Source: Terracidiphilus sp. (GTDB lineage: Bacteria > Acidobacteriota > Terriglobia > Terriglobales > Acidobacteriaceae). Taken from it: a DNA stretch of 64,000 nt. Where the stretch lies: contig DASVLI010000189.1 in the NCBI GenBank assembly GCA_036384955.1, positions 6,813 through 70,812 of the forward strand, in the 5' to 3' direction. How positions within the stretch are numbered: the stretch's first letter is position 1; the number at the start of each line of letters is the position of its first letter. This document shows, piece by piece, positions 27,847 through 38,011 of this stretch. Under the pieces are notes generated by a model. That model worked only from the letters and a program-made list of their open reading frames with translations, did not search any database and was not told the DNA's origin. The translations under genes were made by a program, and so were the position numbers.

Positions 27847-28761
27847 CTAGGGCAGTTGTTCCAGCCCCACGGCGGCCCTTTGCGCGGGCTGCTTTGCGCC
27901 GTCGCGCAGCGCGTCGAGCCGTGCCTGCACCTTGGCGGCCTCTTCGGCATTGCCGGTCTGCATCAGGAACGTCTGATACCGGCCCAGCGCGGCGACATAG
28001 GTCGGGTGTCCCCATCCCAGTTGCCCGCCCAGCTCGTCAATGCCGCGCTGCATTGCCGCGGCGGCCTGCTGTGCATCGCCGCTCTTCCACTCGGCATAGC
28101 CCAGCAGGTAGTCGAACATGCCCACCGGCACGCTTTGCTCACCATAGTTGGCATGGGCCAGCGCCAGTCCGCGCTGCGCCACCGGCAGCGCCTTGTCGCA
28201 CTCCGCCCGCGCGCAGCGGACGAGCGACAGATTGAGCAGCGCCGCCATCTGCTGCTCCGGCGTTGCGTTTTCCGGCGCTGCCGCATCCGAGGGAGCCAGC
28301 AGGCTCACCGCCATCTGCGCATTTGTCTCGGCGCCGGCCAGGTCGCCCTTGCCGAAGGCCAACGCCGCAAGGTGCGTATAGCTCACGCCGATGGCCGTGC
28401 GATCCTGCGCCTCGAGCCGTAACGCCAGCGCGCGCCGCTCCAGCGGCTCGGCCTTGGCCGCCCGGCCTGTCTCCACATACAGCGTTCCAAGCTGGTCCAG
28501 TGCGGTGGCCTGCACGGCCAGACTGGCATGCTTCAACTGCGCCAGCGCCTGCCGGTATGCGTGCTCCGCCTCCGCATATTGCGCTGCATCCTGGTAGCGC
28601 ACCGCCAGCCGCAGCCACGCAGCTCCTTTTTCCGCCTCGGGCGCCTGGGCCACGGCGGCCTGCGCATCCTGCAGATGCAGCGACCTTGTTGTTTGCGCCG
28701 CCTGCTGCGCGCCCGCCGTTCCCACGCTTGCCATTGCCAGAACTACTGTCATCCATCGCAT
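27847..28761 (-). CDS. Tetratricopeptide-repeat protein, secreted
   Basis: Signal peptide MRWMTVVLAMASVGTAGAQQ, so the start was moved to 28761. Repeated A/L/Y-rich TPR-like helices. Confidence 0.7.
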   Translation of the reverse strand: MRWMTVVLAMASVGTAGAQQAAQTTRSLHLQDAQAAVAQAPEAEKGAAWLRLAVRYQDAAQYAEAEHAYRQALAQLKHASLAVQATALDQLGTLYVETGRAAKAEPLERRALALRLEAQDRTAIGVSYTHLAALAFGKGDLAGAETNAQMAVSLLAPSDAAAPENATPEQQMAALLNLSLVRCARAECDKALPVAQRGLALAHANYGEQSVPVGMFDYLLGYAEWKSGDAQQAAAAMQRGIDELGGQLGWGHPTYVAALGRYQTFLMQTGNAEEAAKVQARLDALRDGAKQPAQRAAVGLEQLP

Positions 28762-28959
28762 CGTCGTTACCTCCAACTGCAGTGAAGGTACGCAGCTATC
28801 TGCTGCCGCAGAGCCATGAATGTGTTCAATCGAGATTGGGCGGGATGAATCGTTGTTGAGCCGGGTCGAATCGTAGCCCTGCAACTGCGCGCGCCATTTC
28901 TGCGTAGCCCTGTGTGCGCGGAACCTCTATAAACGAGTGGGGGGGGAGAGTTGGCGGCG

Positions 28960-30108
28960 ATGGAAATGCAAACGTCCTGGCAATCCGCGTGGCAGTCGAT
29001 GCGCCCGGGCTACCTGCGCTCTCTGGTCGTCTCGCTCTTTGTCTGGGGCGGTGTCGCTCTGCTTGAGGGCAGCCAGGTCTTCGTTGCCGATGCCGCGCGC
29101 GGATACGTTCTGCCGTCCATGCACTACATCGCATGGGCCGTGTTCAACTGGTACGCCCTCGCGTTTCTCACTCCGGCCATCTACTGGCTTGGCCGCCGCT
29201 ATCCTATCGCGGGTCCGGGCTGGCCGGCGCGCCTGGTGGCGCCGCACGCCATTGTCTGCGTTGCCACGTTGTTCATTCAGGCCTTTGCCCGCGGGCTGGC
29301 CGGACTCATCTACACGCATCATCACGAGACGGAAGCTTCGCCCTTCAAGCTCACCTTCGAGTGGATCGCCATGCGTGGATCCATCGCCTTCATCTCCTAC
29401 TGGATCATCGTCATCATTGCCGCCTTTGTGCAGATGCGCGAGGAGATGCGCCAGCGCGAGGTGCGCCAGGCGCAACTTGAAATGCGTCTGGCCTCGGCCG
29501 AGCTTGAAAAGCTGCGCATGCAGATTCAGCCGCACTTCCTCTTCAACACTCTGCAGGCAGCTATCACGCTGGTCCACGAAAACCCGCCTGCCGCTGAGGA
29601 TGTGCTGCTGCGCCTCAGCCAGCTTCTTCGCATCTCGCTTGACCAGATGGACACCAACGAAATCCCGCTGGCCAAAGAGCTTGAATTTCTCGACCTCTAC
29701 ACCGGCATTCAAACCCGCCGCTTCGGCGACCGGCTGCACGTCGAAGTCCATGCCGATGACGACACCCTCACGCTGATGGTTCCGCCGCTCATTCTGCAGC
29801 CGCTGGTGGAGAATGCCATTCATCACGGCATCGGCAAGCACAAGGGCTCCGACACCATCGAGGTATTTGCGCACCGCGAAGGCGCGGAGCTCCAAATCGA
29901 AGTGTGGAACTCCAACAGCGTGGTGGAGCAGGGCCGAGGCGATGTCTTCCAGCGCGGCGTGGGCCTGCGCAATACCCGCGCGCGCCTCGAACACCTGTAT
30001 GGCCCTGCGGGCTCACTGGTTTTTCGTTCACTTGCAAAAGGTGGCGCCGCCGCGCTCATCCACATGCCCCTTCGCTTGCGCGATGCCGCAGCCCAGGTTG
30101 CGCCATGA
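28960..30108 (+). CDS. LytS/YehU-family sensor histidine kinase
   Basis: N-terminal TM helices, the His_kinase motif LRMQIQPHFLFNTL, and the HATPase N box LVENAIHHG. The ATG at 28960 is preceded by ggggggagag. Confidence 0.85.
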   Translation: MEMQTSWQSAWQSMRPGYLRSLVVSLFVWGGVALLEGSQVFVADAARGYVLPSMHYIAWAVFNWYALAFLTPAIYWLGRRYPIAGPGWPARLVAPHAIVCVATLFIQAFARGLAGLIYTHHHETEASPFKLTFEWIAMRGSIAFISYWIIVIIAAFVQMREEMRQREVRQAQLEMRLASAELEKLRMQIQPHFLFNTLQAAITLVHENPPAAEDVLLRLSQLLRISLDQMDTNEIPLAKELEFLDLYTGIQTRRFGDRLHVEVHADDDTLTLMVPPLILQPLVENAIHHGIGKHKGSDTIEVFAHREGAELQIEVWNSNSVVEQGRGDVFQRGVGLRNTRARLEHLYGPAGSLVFRSLAKGGAAALIHMPLRLRDAAAQVAP

Positions 30109-30869
30109 CTCTTCGCGCGCTGGTGGTGGACGATGAGCCGCTGGCGCGCACCGCCCTGGTGCGCCTGCTCAAACGCGAGCGCGACATTCAACTGGTGGGC
30201 CAATGCGGCGATGGCGAATCGGCCGTCGAAACCATACGCTCCGCGCAACCCAACATCGTCTTCCTCGACATCCAGATGCCGGAGATGGATGGCTTTCAGG
30301 TTGTCGAAACCATCGGCGTCGAAAAAATGCCGGTCACTGTCTTCGTCACCGCGTTCGACCGCTACGCCATCCGCGCCTTCGACGCCAACGCCGTCGACTA
30401 TCTGCTCAAGCCTTTCGAGCCCGAGCGTTTTGCCCGCGCACTGGCCCGCGCCCGCGACCGCTGCCTGGGCCGCCAGGACGGCGAATCGGCCGAGCGCCTC
30501 TTCGCGCTGCTCAACAGCCGCATGCAATCGGACTACGCGCAGCGCATTGCCGTTGCCGTTGGCGGCCGCATTGTCTTTGTCGCTGTCAACGAGATTGACT
30601 GGATTGAAGCCGAGGGAAACTACGCGCGCCTGCACGCGGCCCGCAAAGTCTACGACGTGCGCGAGACCCTGCAATCGTTGATGGAAAAGCTCGACCCGCG
30701 CGAGTTCGTGCGCATCCATCGCTCCACCATCGTGAACGTGCAGCGCATTCGCGAAGTGCAACCCTGGTTCCGCGGCGGACACATTGTTCTGCTTGAAAGC
30801 GGCGAGCAGTTGCGCATGTCGCGCTATCAGCGCGACGCTGTCGAGCGGCTCCTCGGCAAGCGAGCCTGA
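30105..30869 (+). CDS. LytTR-family response regulator
   Basis: Receiver domain (LVVDDEPLAR ... FLDIQMPEMDG) plus a LytTR DNA-binding domain (IDWIEAEGNYARLH). ATGA overlap with the kinase stop. Confidence 0.9.
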   Translation: MTLRALVVDDEPLARTALVRLLKRERDIQLVGQCGDGESAVETIRSAQPNIVFLDIQMPEMDGFQVVETIGVEKMPVTVFVTAFDRYAIRAFDANAVDYLLKPFEPERFARALARARDRCLGRQDGESAERLFALLNSRMQSDYAQRIAVAVGGRIVFVAVNEIDWIEAEGNYARLHAARKVYDVRETLQSLMEKLDPREFVRIHRSTIVNVQRIREVQPWFRGGHIVLLESGEQLRMSRYQRDAVERLLGKRA

Positions 30870-30938
30870 GTCGCAGATGCCGAGCGGGACGGCAGGAGTA
30901 GACGTCCTACATCCATAGGTGTAGAGTGTCTACATCCA

Positions 30939-31307
30939 ATGAAGTCCGATGACACTTATCGCAATCGCATTGAGCTGCTCCAGGGCACGCTCGACATGCT
31001 CGTCCTGCAGGCACTGCAGTGGGGGCCGATGCATGGCTACGGCATCGCGCAATCCATCCGCATCAAGTCCAGCGAAGTGCTCCAAGTTGAAACCGGCTCG
31101 CTCTACCCGGCCCTGCACCGGCTGGAGCGGCAGCGCTGGGTCAAATCCGAGTGGCGCATGACCGAAAGCCGCCAGCGCGCCAAGTTCTACGAGATTACTT
31201 CCAAGGGCAAGGAACAGTTGGCGCGCGACCACCAGCGCTGGCAGCAGATGGTCGCCGCCATTGCGGCAATCATGCAGCCGGCGGCAATGGAGAACGGGAG
31301 GGAGTAG
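30939..31307 (+). CDS. PadR-family transcriptional regulator
   Basis: LQGTLDMLVLQALQWGPMHGYGIAQSI ... GSLYPALHRLERQRWV. Confidence 0.9.
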   Translation: MKSDDTYRNRIELLQGTLDMLVLQALQWGPMHGYGIAQSIRIKSSEVLQVETGSLYPALHRLERQRWVKSEWRMTESRQRAKFYEITSKGKEQLARDHQRWQQMVAAIAAIMQPAAMENGRE

Positions 31308-31309
31308 CG

Positions 31310-34012
31310 ATGCGTTTCTGGAACTGGGATCGCCGCAAAAGCGAGCTGAACGAAGAGCTGGAGGCGCACGTGCGCTTCGCTATCGAAGACCGCATCGCTC
31401 GCGGCGAATCGCCGGAGCAAGCCCGCGCCGCCGCGCTGCGCGAAATCGGCAACCTGCCGCTGGTGGCCGACACCACCCGCCGCCAGTGGGGCTGGGAACG
31501 GCTTGAACGCTTCACGCAGGACCTGCGCTACGCGGTGCGGCGCCTGCGCAAAAGCCCCGGCTACGCACTCACCGTGATTCTCACGCTGACGTTGGCCATC
31601 GGTGCGAACACGGCAATCTTCGGCCTGTTCTACGCGCTGTTTCTGCGCAGCTTGCCGGTCAGCCACCCCGAAGAAATCGTGCAGGTAAAGCTCGCCATCG
31701 GTCAAAAGGCTGACGCGAACAGTGAACCGACCGGCAATCTTTCCGGAAAAATATTCGACATTGTCTCCACCGAAGCGAAAGGTTTGGACGGCGCCTGCGC
31801 CTGGGAAAGCGCGCAGCAAAACCTGCATGACGCCTCTGGCACGCGGCCAGTTCCAGCGGCAACACTGTCAGGCGGATGTTTCCGCATGTTCGGGCTGCAC
31901 GCAGCGCTGGGCCGGCTCTTTAACGAAAGCGACGACAAGCACGGCGGTGGCCCGGAGGGATACGCCGCGGTTCTCAGCTACAACTACTGGCGCTCGCATC
32001 TGGGCGGCGACCCTGGCGTGATCGGCCGCGTGCTCGATTTGCAGGACAAGAAGGCAATCATCGTCGGCGTGCTGCAGCCGGGCTTCGACAGCGTCACGGT
32101 AGGTGATCGCCCGTGGATCTATCTTCCTTCCGAGGTCGATGACCCAGGCGAGCGCCATGGATACGGCTCGTTTGACCGCATGATCTTTGCCCGACTGGGT
32201 ACGAATGTGCCCATGTCGCAATTCGCGGCGCAAATTGACGCCGTATACACCGCGCATCTGAAGGTTGACCACTTTCAATACGTCAGATTCAACGAGCAGG
32301 GCAAGATGCAAATGACCAGCGAGGCGCATCTGGTGGTCACGCGCGGGCGCACGGGTTCCTCCTATCTGCGCGAGCAATATGAGAAGCCGCTCTATCTGGT
32401 CGAGGGGCTCGTAGGCATCTCGTTGCTGGTTGCCTGCGCTTACCTTGCGCTGCTGGCCTCCACGCGGACATTGGCCCAGCAGCGCGAGCTGGCAGTGCGC
32501 ATTGCGCTGGGCGCAGGGCGCTCGCGGATTCTGGCGCAGATTTTCGTGGAAGCACTGTTGCTTGCGCTGGCGGGCGCCGCGCTTGGATTGTTGTTTGCCT
32601 GGGCGGCGGGCCGCGGACTACTGGTGTTAATCAACCACAGCTCCGGCAATGATCCGTTGCAGCTCGATCTCGCCCCCGGTGGCATGGTCCTGATCTTCGC
32701 ATTGGGAATCTCCGTCCTGACGCTGATCCTTTCCGGCGTGGGGCCCGCCTGGCGCGCCAGCCGCATTGATCCGGCCAGCGACATCAAGGACGGCGGCTAT
32801 ACGTCCTCATCGCGCCGCGGCCGCCGCATCGGTGTTTGGCTGGTGCCTGCGCAGATAGGCTTCTCCCTCATCCTGGTTCTGGTTGCGGCATTGATGGCTT
32901 CAACCCTTGCTCGCCTGCTCGCGGTCGATCCCGGCTTCCGCACCACGGGCCTGACCTTCATGCGAGCGGACTTCTCGCAGAAGCAGGAGCCCATTCCGGG
33001 CTCTACGAATGAGCAGGTCAGTCCCACTCTGCTGACAGCCCTGCTGGACCGCATCCGCAACACGGCGGGTGTGCAGGATGCTGCCATCTCTCAGACCAAT
33101 CCGCTGGAAGGCGCGATGTACATCGCTTCGGCCTCCTCCACGGCCGCATCGGGCGAGACACGCACCAACGAATTTCTAGTGAGCCTGAGCGTTTCGCCTG
33201 GCTACTTCTCCACGCTCGGCGTTCCCATGCAGGCGGGGCACGATTTCACTTCCGGCGACAGCGGCGCCGCACCGGAGGTGTGCATCCTCTCCCGCAGCGC
33301 CGCACAGTTCTTTTTTCCGGGGCAGAATGCGGTGGGCAAGACCCTCGAAATGCAGCGCAGCAAGAAAGCGCAGAAACTGCGCGTAGTCGCCGTCGTGGGC
33401 GATATTCATTACAGCGGTCCGCGCGAAGAGATTCCGCGCATGCTCTATATGCCCTATGCGCAGGCTCATTGGAACCCGTATGTGGAGTTCTCGGTGCGCA
33501 GCCAGACCGCGTCCACTGGAATTTCAGCCGTGCGCGAAGCATTCCGAACACTGGCTCCGGACGTGGCCTTGAACGATCCGGTTATGGTGACCGATCTGGT
33601 GCGGAGCACGATGGGCCGCGAGTGGCTGGTTGTCGTGCTTGCCGGGTTCTTTGCCGCGCTCACGGTCACCCTCAGCGCCATCGGCATCTACGGCCTGCTG
33701 AATGCGTCGGTGCTGCGCCGCCGTACCGAAATTGGCTTACGCATGGCGCTGGGCTCTTCCCGCCTTGGCGTGGTGCGGCTCGTGCTTCATGAAGCCTTGT
33801 GGATGGTGCTGCCCGGCCTTGTGCTCGGCGCGGCCGGCGCATGGGGTCTTACCCGTCTGCTGCGCAGCCTTCTGTTCGGCGTTAAGCCACTCGACCCGTG
33901 GATGTGCGCGCTGAGCGCGGCGGTGTTTGCCGTGATTGCGTTGCTGGCCAGCGCATTGCCTGCACGCCGCGCAGCTTCGGTTGACCCGATGATTGCGCTG
34001 CGAACCGACTAA
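31310..34012 (+). CDS. ADOP-family duplicated MacB/FtsX-like permease
   Basis: N-terminal ELNEELEAHVRFAIEDRIARGESPEQARAAALREIGN. Two MacB_PCD/FtsX modules. The C-terminus ends ASVDPMIALRTD. The PadR-ADOP pairing is typical of Acidobacteriota. Confidence 0.88.
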   Translation: MRFWNWDRRKSELNEELEAHVRFAIEDRIARGESPEQARAAALREIGNLPLVADTTRRQWGWERLERFTQDLRYAVRRLRKSPGYALTVILTLTLAIGANTAIFGLFYALFLRSLPVSHPEEIVQVKLAIGQKADANSEPTGNLSGKIFDIVSTEAKGLDGACAWESAQQNLHDASGTRPVPAATLSGGCFRMFGLHAALGRLFNESDDKHGGGPEGYAAVLSYNYWRSHLGGDPGVIGRVLDLQDKKAIIVGVLQPGFDSVTVGDRPWIYLPSEVDDPGERHGYGSFDRMIFARLGTNVPMSQFAAQIDAVYTAHLKVDHFQYVRFNEQGKMQMTSEAHLVVTRGRTGSSYLREQYEKPLYLVEGLVGISLLVACAYLALLASTRTLAQQRELAVRIALGAGRSRILAQIFVEALLLALAGAALGLLFAWAAGRGLLVLINHSSGNDPLQLDLAPGGMVLIFALGISVLTLILSGVGPAWRASRIDPASDIKDGGYTSSSRRGRRIGVWLVPAQIGFSLILVLVAALMASTLARLLAVDPGFRTTGLTFMRADFSQKQEPIPGSTNEQVSPTLLTALLDRIRNTAGVQDAAISQTNPLEGAMYIASASSTAASGETRTNEFLVSLSVSPGYFSTLGVPMQAGHDFTSGDSGAAPEVCILSRSAAQFFFPGQNAVGKTLEMQRSKKAQKLRVVAVVGDIHYSGPREEIPRMLYMPYAQAHWNPYVEFSVRSQTASTGISAVREAFRTLAPDVALNDPVMVTDLVRSTMGREWLVVVLAGFFAALTVTLSAIGIYGLLNASVLRRRTEIGLRMALGSSRLGVVRLVLHEALWMVLPGLVLGAAGAWGLTRLLRSLLFGVKPLDPWMCALSAAVFAVIALLASALPARRAASVDPMIALRTD

Positions 34013-34017
34013 GCGGC

Positions 34018-34590
34018 TCAGTCGAACATGTGCGGCGCATTGTGCAGCTGCGGCTTGCGGCCGCTCTCGAAAGCTTTCAGCAGAATCCGGCTCCGCGCGC
34101 GCATCGCCGCGGTGCCGCTGCGGCCCGTGACGCGCAGCAGGTCCATCACCTCCGGCAGTTGGGCGGGGTCCTGCCGCGTCAGGTCCGCCAGGCCATGCAG
34201 CGCCGTGGTTTTCACAATGGAGCTCGCATCGTCCAGATAGCTGTGCAGAATCGCCGCCACGCGCCGGCACTCCGGCGCCGTCAGCTTCAGCCGCGGCACA
34301 ACCAGCGCCAGATTCCAGCGAACTTTTTTCAGTGCGGTTTCGGCCATCAGTCCCAGCAGGGGCTCTTTCCACTTCTGCGCCTGCCTGGGCCGCGTACGCG
34401 TCACGCGCTCCAGCACGTCTGCGGCGCGGCTGGCCACGCCCGCATCGTCGTCCCACAGGCACTCCACAATCTGCGCCAGCCTTCGCGGCTGCCCCTCCAC
34501 CAGCTCCACCACTTCCCACGAGCGGCCTGCCTCAAGTGCGCGGCCCGGCGCAAGCATTGCGCGAATCGAAATGGATTTTGGCGCAGACAT
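34018..34590 (-). CDS. All-helical HEAT-like repeat protein (possibly DNA_alkylation/AlkD-like family)
   Basis: 190 aa with a repeated helical pattern (VASRAADVLERV..., VRWNLALVVPRL..., IVKTTALHGLADL...). The family assignment is from recall only. Confidence 0.5.
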   Translation of the reverse strand: MSAPKSISIRAMLAPGRALEAGRSWEVVELVEGQPRRLAQIVECLWDDDAGVASRAADVLERVTRTRPRQAQKWKEPLLGLMAETALKKVRWNLALVVPRLKLTAPECRRVAAILHSYLDDASSIVKTTALHGLADLTRQDPAQLPEVMDLLRVTGRSGTAAMRARSRILLKAFESGRKPQLHNAPHMFD

Positions 34591-34605
34591 TCCGCCGCCC
34601 TTCTC

Positions 34606-35880
34606 CTACTTTGCCGGCGAAGTTTCCAGCGCGTGCGCAGCCACACGCCCCACGCCGCGGAGCAGCGCCTTGATAGGCCACTGACCTTCCGCATCGGGAA
34701 AGAAAATCTCGCCCTCGCGCTTCACCTCGGGCCGGTAGTACCAGCGCTTGAGCAGCGCCAAGTGCCCTTGTCGCAGAACTGTATTCGGTGCGGTTGCATC
34801 GGCAGTCAGCTTCGCCAGAGTCTCTTCCATGCGCGCTTCCAGCATGCCCTTGGGCAAAGCGGTAGGCTTTGCGCCGTCCGCAGGATTCTCCGGCACCGCT
34901 TCCACTGCCATGGGCTGTGCAAACAGCGACGACGAGCCAGAGCGCTCGTTTTGAATCCTCATGCCGACCGTCGAGAAGCCAACCGGCCCGCGCAGCACGC
35001 CGTCCTCAAACAGAAACACCGCCACCGTCTCAGGTTCAGCCGCGCGGTGCAGCATTACTGCGCGCAGCTGATTCATGGGCCGCACCAGCTCCGGCGCCAG
35101 CGCGCGCACCGCCTCAACTTTTTGTACCTGCGCATGCAGAGCGGCGGCGCTCTCAAAAGCCAGCTCTTCGGACGCTTTCTCGCGCTCGCCGCGCAGCACA
35201 ACCAGCTTGCTTTCGCCGCGCGTGGCCAGAAACGCCTGCACCGCCGCGGCCTCCTCGGCGTAGCGCTCGTCGGTGCAGCCCTTGTAGCAGGGCGCAAGGC
35301 ACATCTTCATCTCGGAGTAGACACAGCCCGGATGACTGGGGTCGGGCGCAAGCTCGTCCACGCAGCGCCGCAGCAAAAACAGCTTCAGCGCCTCCTCGGC
35401 AAATCGCTCCGCGGCGGCGCGGCTGGCAAACGGACCGTAGGCCCACGCGGCCTCACGCTGGCTGGGCTTGTTGGTCACCGTGATGCGCGGATACGCATTG
35501 CTGCCCAGATAGCGCACAAACGCCGGCGCGCGCAGATGCATCCGCTCCAGCGCTTTTGTGCCGTAGACCTTTTCCAAAAGAGAAAACTGCGCGAGCAGAG
35601 ACTCGAACTCCGAACCGGTTAGCCGGTACTCGATGCGACGCACGCGCCCGGCAAGCTGCAGCCGCCGCGGATGCTTCGCCGAGGGTTGTAGCAGCCGCTC
35701 CAGCCGCCCGCGCAAATTGGGCGTGCGGCCAATGTAGGGCTCGTCCCTGGCGTCGGCGCCATACAGCGCAAACACCGCCGGCCCGCGCGGCAACTGGCTT
35801 AGCGCGGCTCGCGCATCGGCGGGGTCAAACGGAATGGACTGCATTGCGCCGCTCACCGCAGTCTCCTCAGGCTCCCGCAA
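34606..35880 (-). CDS. Paralog of the UvrC N-terminal half (GIY-YIG + Cys-rich region + UVR-like motif), lacking the C-terminal endonuclease and HhH domains
   Basis: GIY-YIG-like VFALYG...PYIGRTPNLRGRLERL...EFESLLAQFSLLEK. Four-Cys region RRCVDE...GCVYSEMKMCLAPCYKGCTDERY. UVR-like ASEELAFESAAALHAQVQKVEAV. The alternative start at 35844 avoids the overlap with pmbA. Confidence 0.65.
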   Translation of the reverse strand: MREPEETAVSGAMQSIPFDPADARAALSQLPRGPAVFALYGADARDEPYIGRTPNLRGRLERLLQPSAKHPRRLQLAGRVRRIEYRLTGSEFESLLAQFSLLEKVYGTKALERMHLRAPAFVRYLGSNAYPRITVTNKPSQREAAWAYGPFASRAAAERFAEEALKLFLLRRCVDELAPDPSHPGCVYSEMKMCLAPCYKGCTDERYAEEAAAVQAFLATRGESKLVVLRGEREKASEELAFESAAALHAQVQKVEAVRALAPELVRPMNQLRAVMLHRAAEPETVAVFLFEDGVLRGPVGFSTVGMRIQNERSGSSSLFAQPMAVEAVPENPADGAKPTALPKGMLEARMEETLAKLTADATAPNTVLRQGHLALLKRWYYRPEVKREGEIFFPDAEGQWPIKALLRGVGRVAAHALETSPAK

Positions 35881-37264
35881 TCGTCATGCCGTCGATACGC
35901 AGCGTGGGGCTGGCCACTGCCGTGCGGAACTCGAGATCGTTGCCAATCGCCGTGATATTTTTCAGCATTGCGCGCAGATTGCCGGCAATCGTAATCTCTT
36001 CCACCGCATGGGTCAGCACGCCGTTTTCAATCCACAATCCTGTTGCGCCGCGCGAGTAGTCGCCCGTCACCAGATTTGTTCCGAAGCCCATCAGCCCCGT
36101 GACGTAGAGGCCCGCTTGCACACCGCCGATAATCTCCTCAGGCGTCTGCGTGCCTGGCTCAAGATACAGATTGCCGCAGCCAATTCCCGGCGCGCCTGCC
36201 AGCCCGCGTGAGGCATTGTGCGTGGACTGCATGCCCAGCTTGCGCGCCGCATAGGTGTTCAGCAGATAGGTGCGCAGAATGCCGTTCTCAACGACAACCG
36301 TGCGCCGTGAAGGCAAACCCTCGCCGTCAAAAGGCGAGGTGCCATATCCGCCTGCGCCGGTGGGCAGCAGCATTACGTTGTCGTCCACAACGGTGATGCC
36401 CGGCGCGGCGATTTCTTTCTCCAGCTCGCCGGCCAAGAACGAAGCATGCCGCCAGATGGAGTCGCCGCTTGCCGCTTCAAACACCGATCCGATGAGCGAG
36501 CGCGCCACCTCCGGCGCAAACACAATCGGCACCTGCTGCGTGGCCACGCGCCGCGCGCCCAGTTTGCGCAGTGTCCGGCGGGCGGCTTCTTTCCCTACGG
36601 CTTCAGGATTTTCGAGGTGCGCAAAGCTCCGGGCGCTGGACCACCAGCCGTCGCGCTGCATCGTGCCATTCTCATCGGCAGCCAGCGGAGCGGCCGAAAC
36701 CCCGGCGTAGCTGGTGCGATAGCCGCCCACAAAGCCGCGCGAGTTGGCCAGCACTTTGCGCCCGGTGGCCGCGTCAAAACTGCCGCCGTCGGAGTTGGTG
36801 ATGCGCGGGTCCGCACCCAGCGCGGCAGCCTCGCAGCGCCTGGCCCACTCAATCCGCTCCGGGCCTGAGAGTGAGTACACATCGTCGTAGTAGAGATGCA
36901 GATCGTCGCTCAGCGCGCCGAATTCATCGGTTTCTGGCAGCCCCGCAAACGCGTCCGCTTCTGTCACCTGTGCCAGCGCCACCGCGCCTTCCACCAGTTG
37001 GCGAATTCCATCCGCAGTCAGGTCGCTGGTCGAAGTTGAGGCCGAGCGCTTGCCGAAAAATACGCGCAAGCCCAGCCCGCGCGCGCCCGATTCCTTCAGC
37101 GTTTCCACTTCGCCCATGCGCACCGTCACGCTGAACTCGTCGCCCTCGCGCGCTACGGCTTCGGCGTCGCTGGCGCCAGCTTTCAGGGCTTGCGCCACCA
37201 CGTCGGCGGTTAAGGATTCAAGATCGAGTGTTTCGGAACGTGCGTCTACGGAAGCCTGGGACAT
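35867..37264 (-). CDS. pmbA: PmbA/TldE metalloprotease subunit
   Basis: 465-aa TldD/PmbA-family sequence without the HExxxH motif. The C-terminus reads GATGLWIENG...TIAGNL. Confidence 0.88.
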   Translation of the reverse strand: MSQASVDARSETLDLESLTADVVAQALKAGASDAEAVAREGDEFSVTVRMGEVETLKESGARGLGLRVFFGKRSASTSTSDLTADGIRQLVEGAVALAQVTEADAFAGLPETDEFGALSDDLHLYYDDVYSLSGPERIEWARRCEAAALGADPRITNSDGGSFDAATGRKVLANSRGFVGGYRTSYAGVSAAPLAADENGTMQRDGWWSSARSFAHLENPEAVGKEAARRTLRKLGARRVATQQVPIVFAPEVARSLIGSVFEAASGDSIWRHASFLAGELEKEIAAPGITVVDDNVMLLPTGAGGYGTSPFDGEGLPSRRTVVVENGILRTYLLNTYAARKLGMQSTHNASRGLAGAPGIGCGNLYLEPGTQTPEEIIGGVQAGLYVTGLMGFGTNLVTGDYSRGATGLWIENGVLTHAVEEITIAGNLRAMLKNITAIGNDLEFRTAVASPTLRIDGMTIAGA

Positions 37265-37304
37265 GGCTTCACACTATCAAACCTTGTGCATGCGCGGCTT
37301 GCGG

Positions 37305-37829
37305 CTAGCGGCCGGTGTGAATGGTGCGAATGTTGGCCAGGCTCACCTGGAATCGCCCGCGTGCCAGCAGCGACCCGCCCACCACCACGCCCACGCGTGC
37401 CAGCGTGCGCAGTTTCGGATTGCGGATCCAGCGCGGCGCGGCTGCTGAAGCGTAGTTAAAGCCCAGCTCCCACGCGGCCATCGAGCCCAGCACTCCGGCC
37501 TGGCTGGTGGAGCCAAACGCGCAATTCATGCGGTTGCCTTCATGGTTGTCGGTGCGCAACGCCACCCATGTGGTGGTTGCGTCCATCACGAAACCGATGC
37601 GTTCATTGGCCAGCGTCATCTTCTGCATGCGGCCCAGCGGCGAGGGGTCGCGCATGGCCATGCCGTAGCCCGGCCACGCGGCAATTCGAAAGACGCGGTC
37701 AAACCGGCTCGTCTGGGTCGCGGGGCCCGTCGGCAGCGCTATACGCAGCACCGCCTGCGCATGCAGGCTCGTGCTGGCCAGAATCAGACAGGCGGCGACA
37801 CACACTCGGCAGATGGCAGCACGGAGCAT
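37305..37829 (-). CDS. Hypothetical secreted protein
   Basis: Signal peptide MLRAAICRVCVAACLILASTSLHAQA. 174 aa. No motif recognised. Confidence 0.5.
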   Translation of the reverse strand: MLRAAICRVCVAACLILASTSLHAQAVLRIALPTGPATQTSRFDRVFRIAAWPGYGMAMRDPSPLGRMQKMTLANERIGFVMDATTTWVALRTDNHEGNRMNCAFGSTSQAGVLGSMAAWELGFNYASAAAPRWIRNPKLRTLARVGVVVGGSLLARGRFQVSLANIRTIHTGR

Positions 37830-38011
37830 TCACCCCGTGCATCGGCAACCGGCGCGAGGCCACTAGCGATTCGGTTCGCAGCGACCGGCTATTCCCAAAT
37901 CGGAAGGCAGTTTTCAGGAGGATGATGGAAGACGTTACGCGCGGGGCACGGTCTGGCGGCCGGGTAGTGTTTTCCCTTGCAGGCGTATACTTATATGGAT
38001 ATATTGACCGA

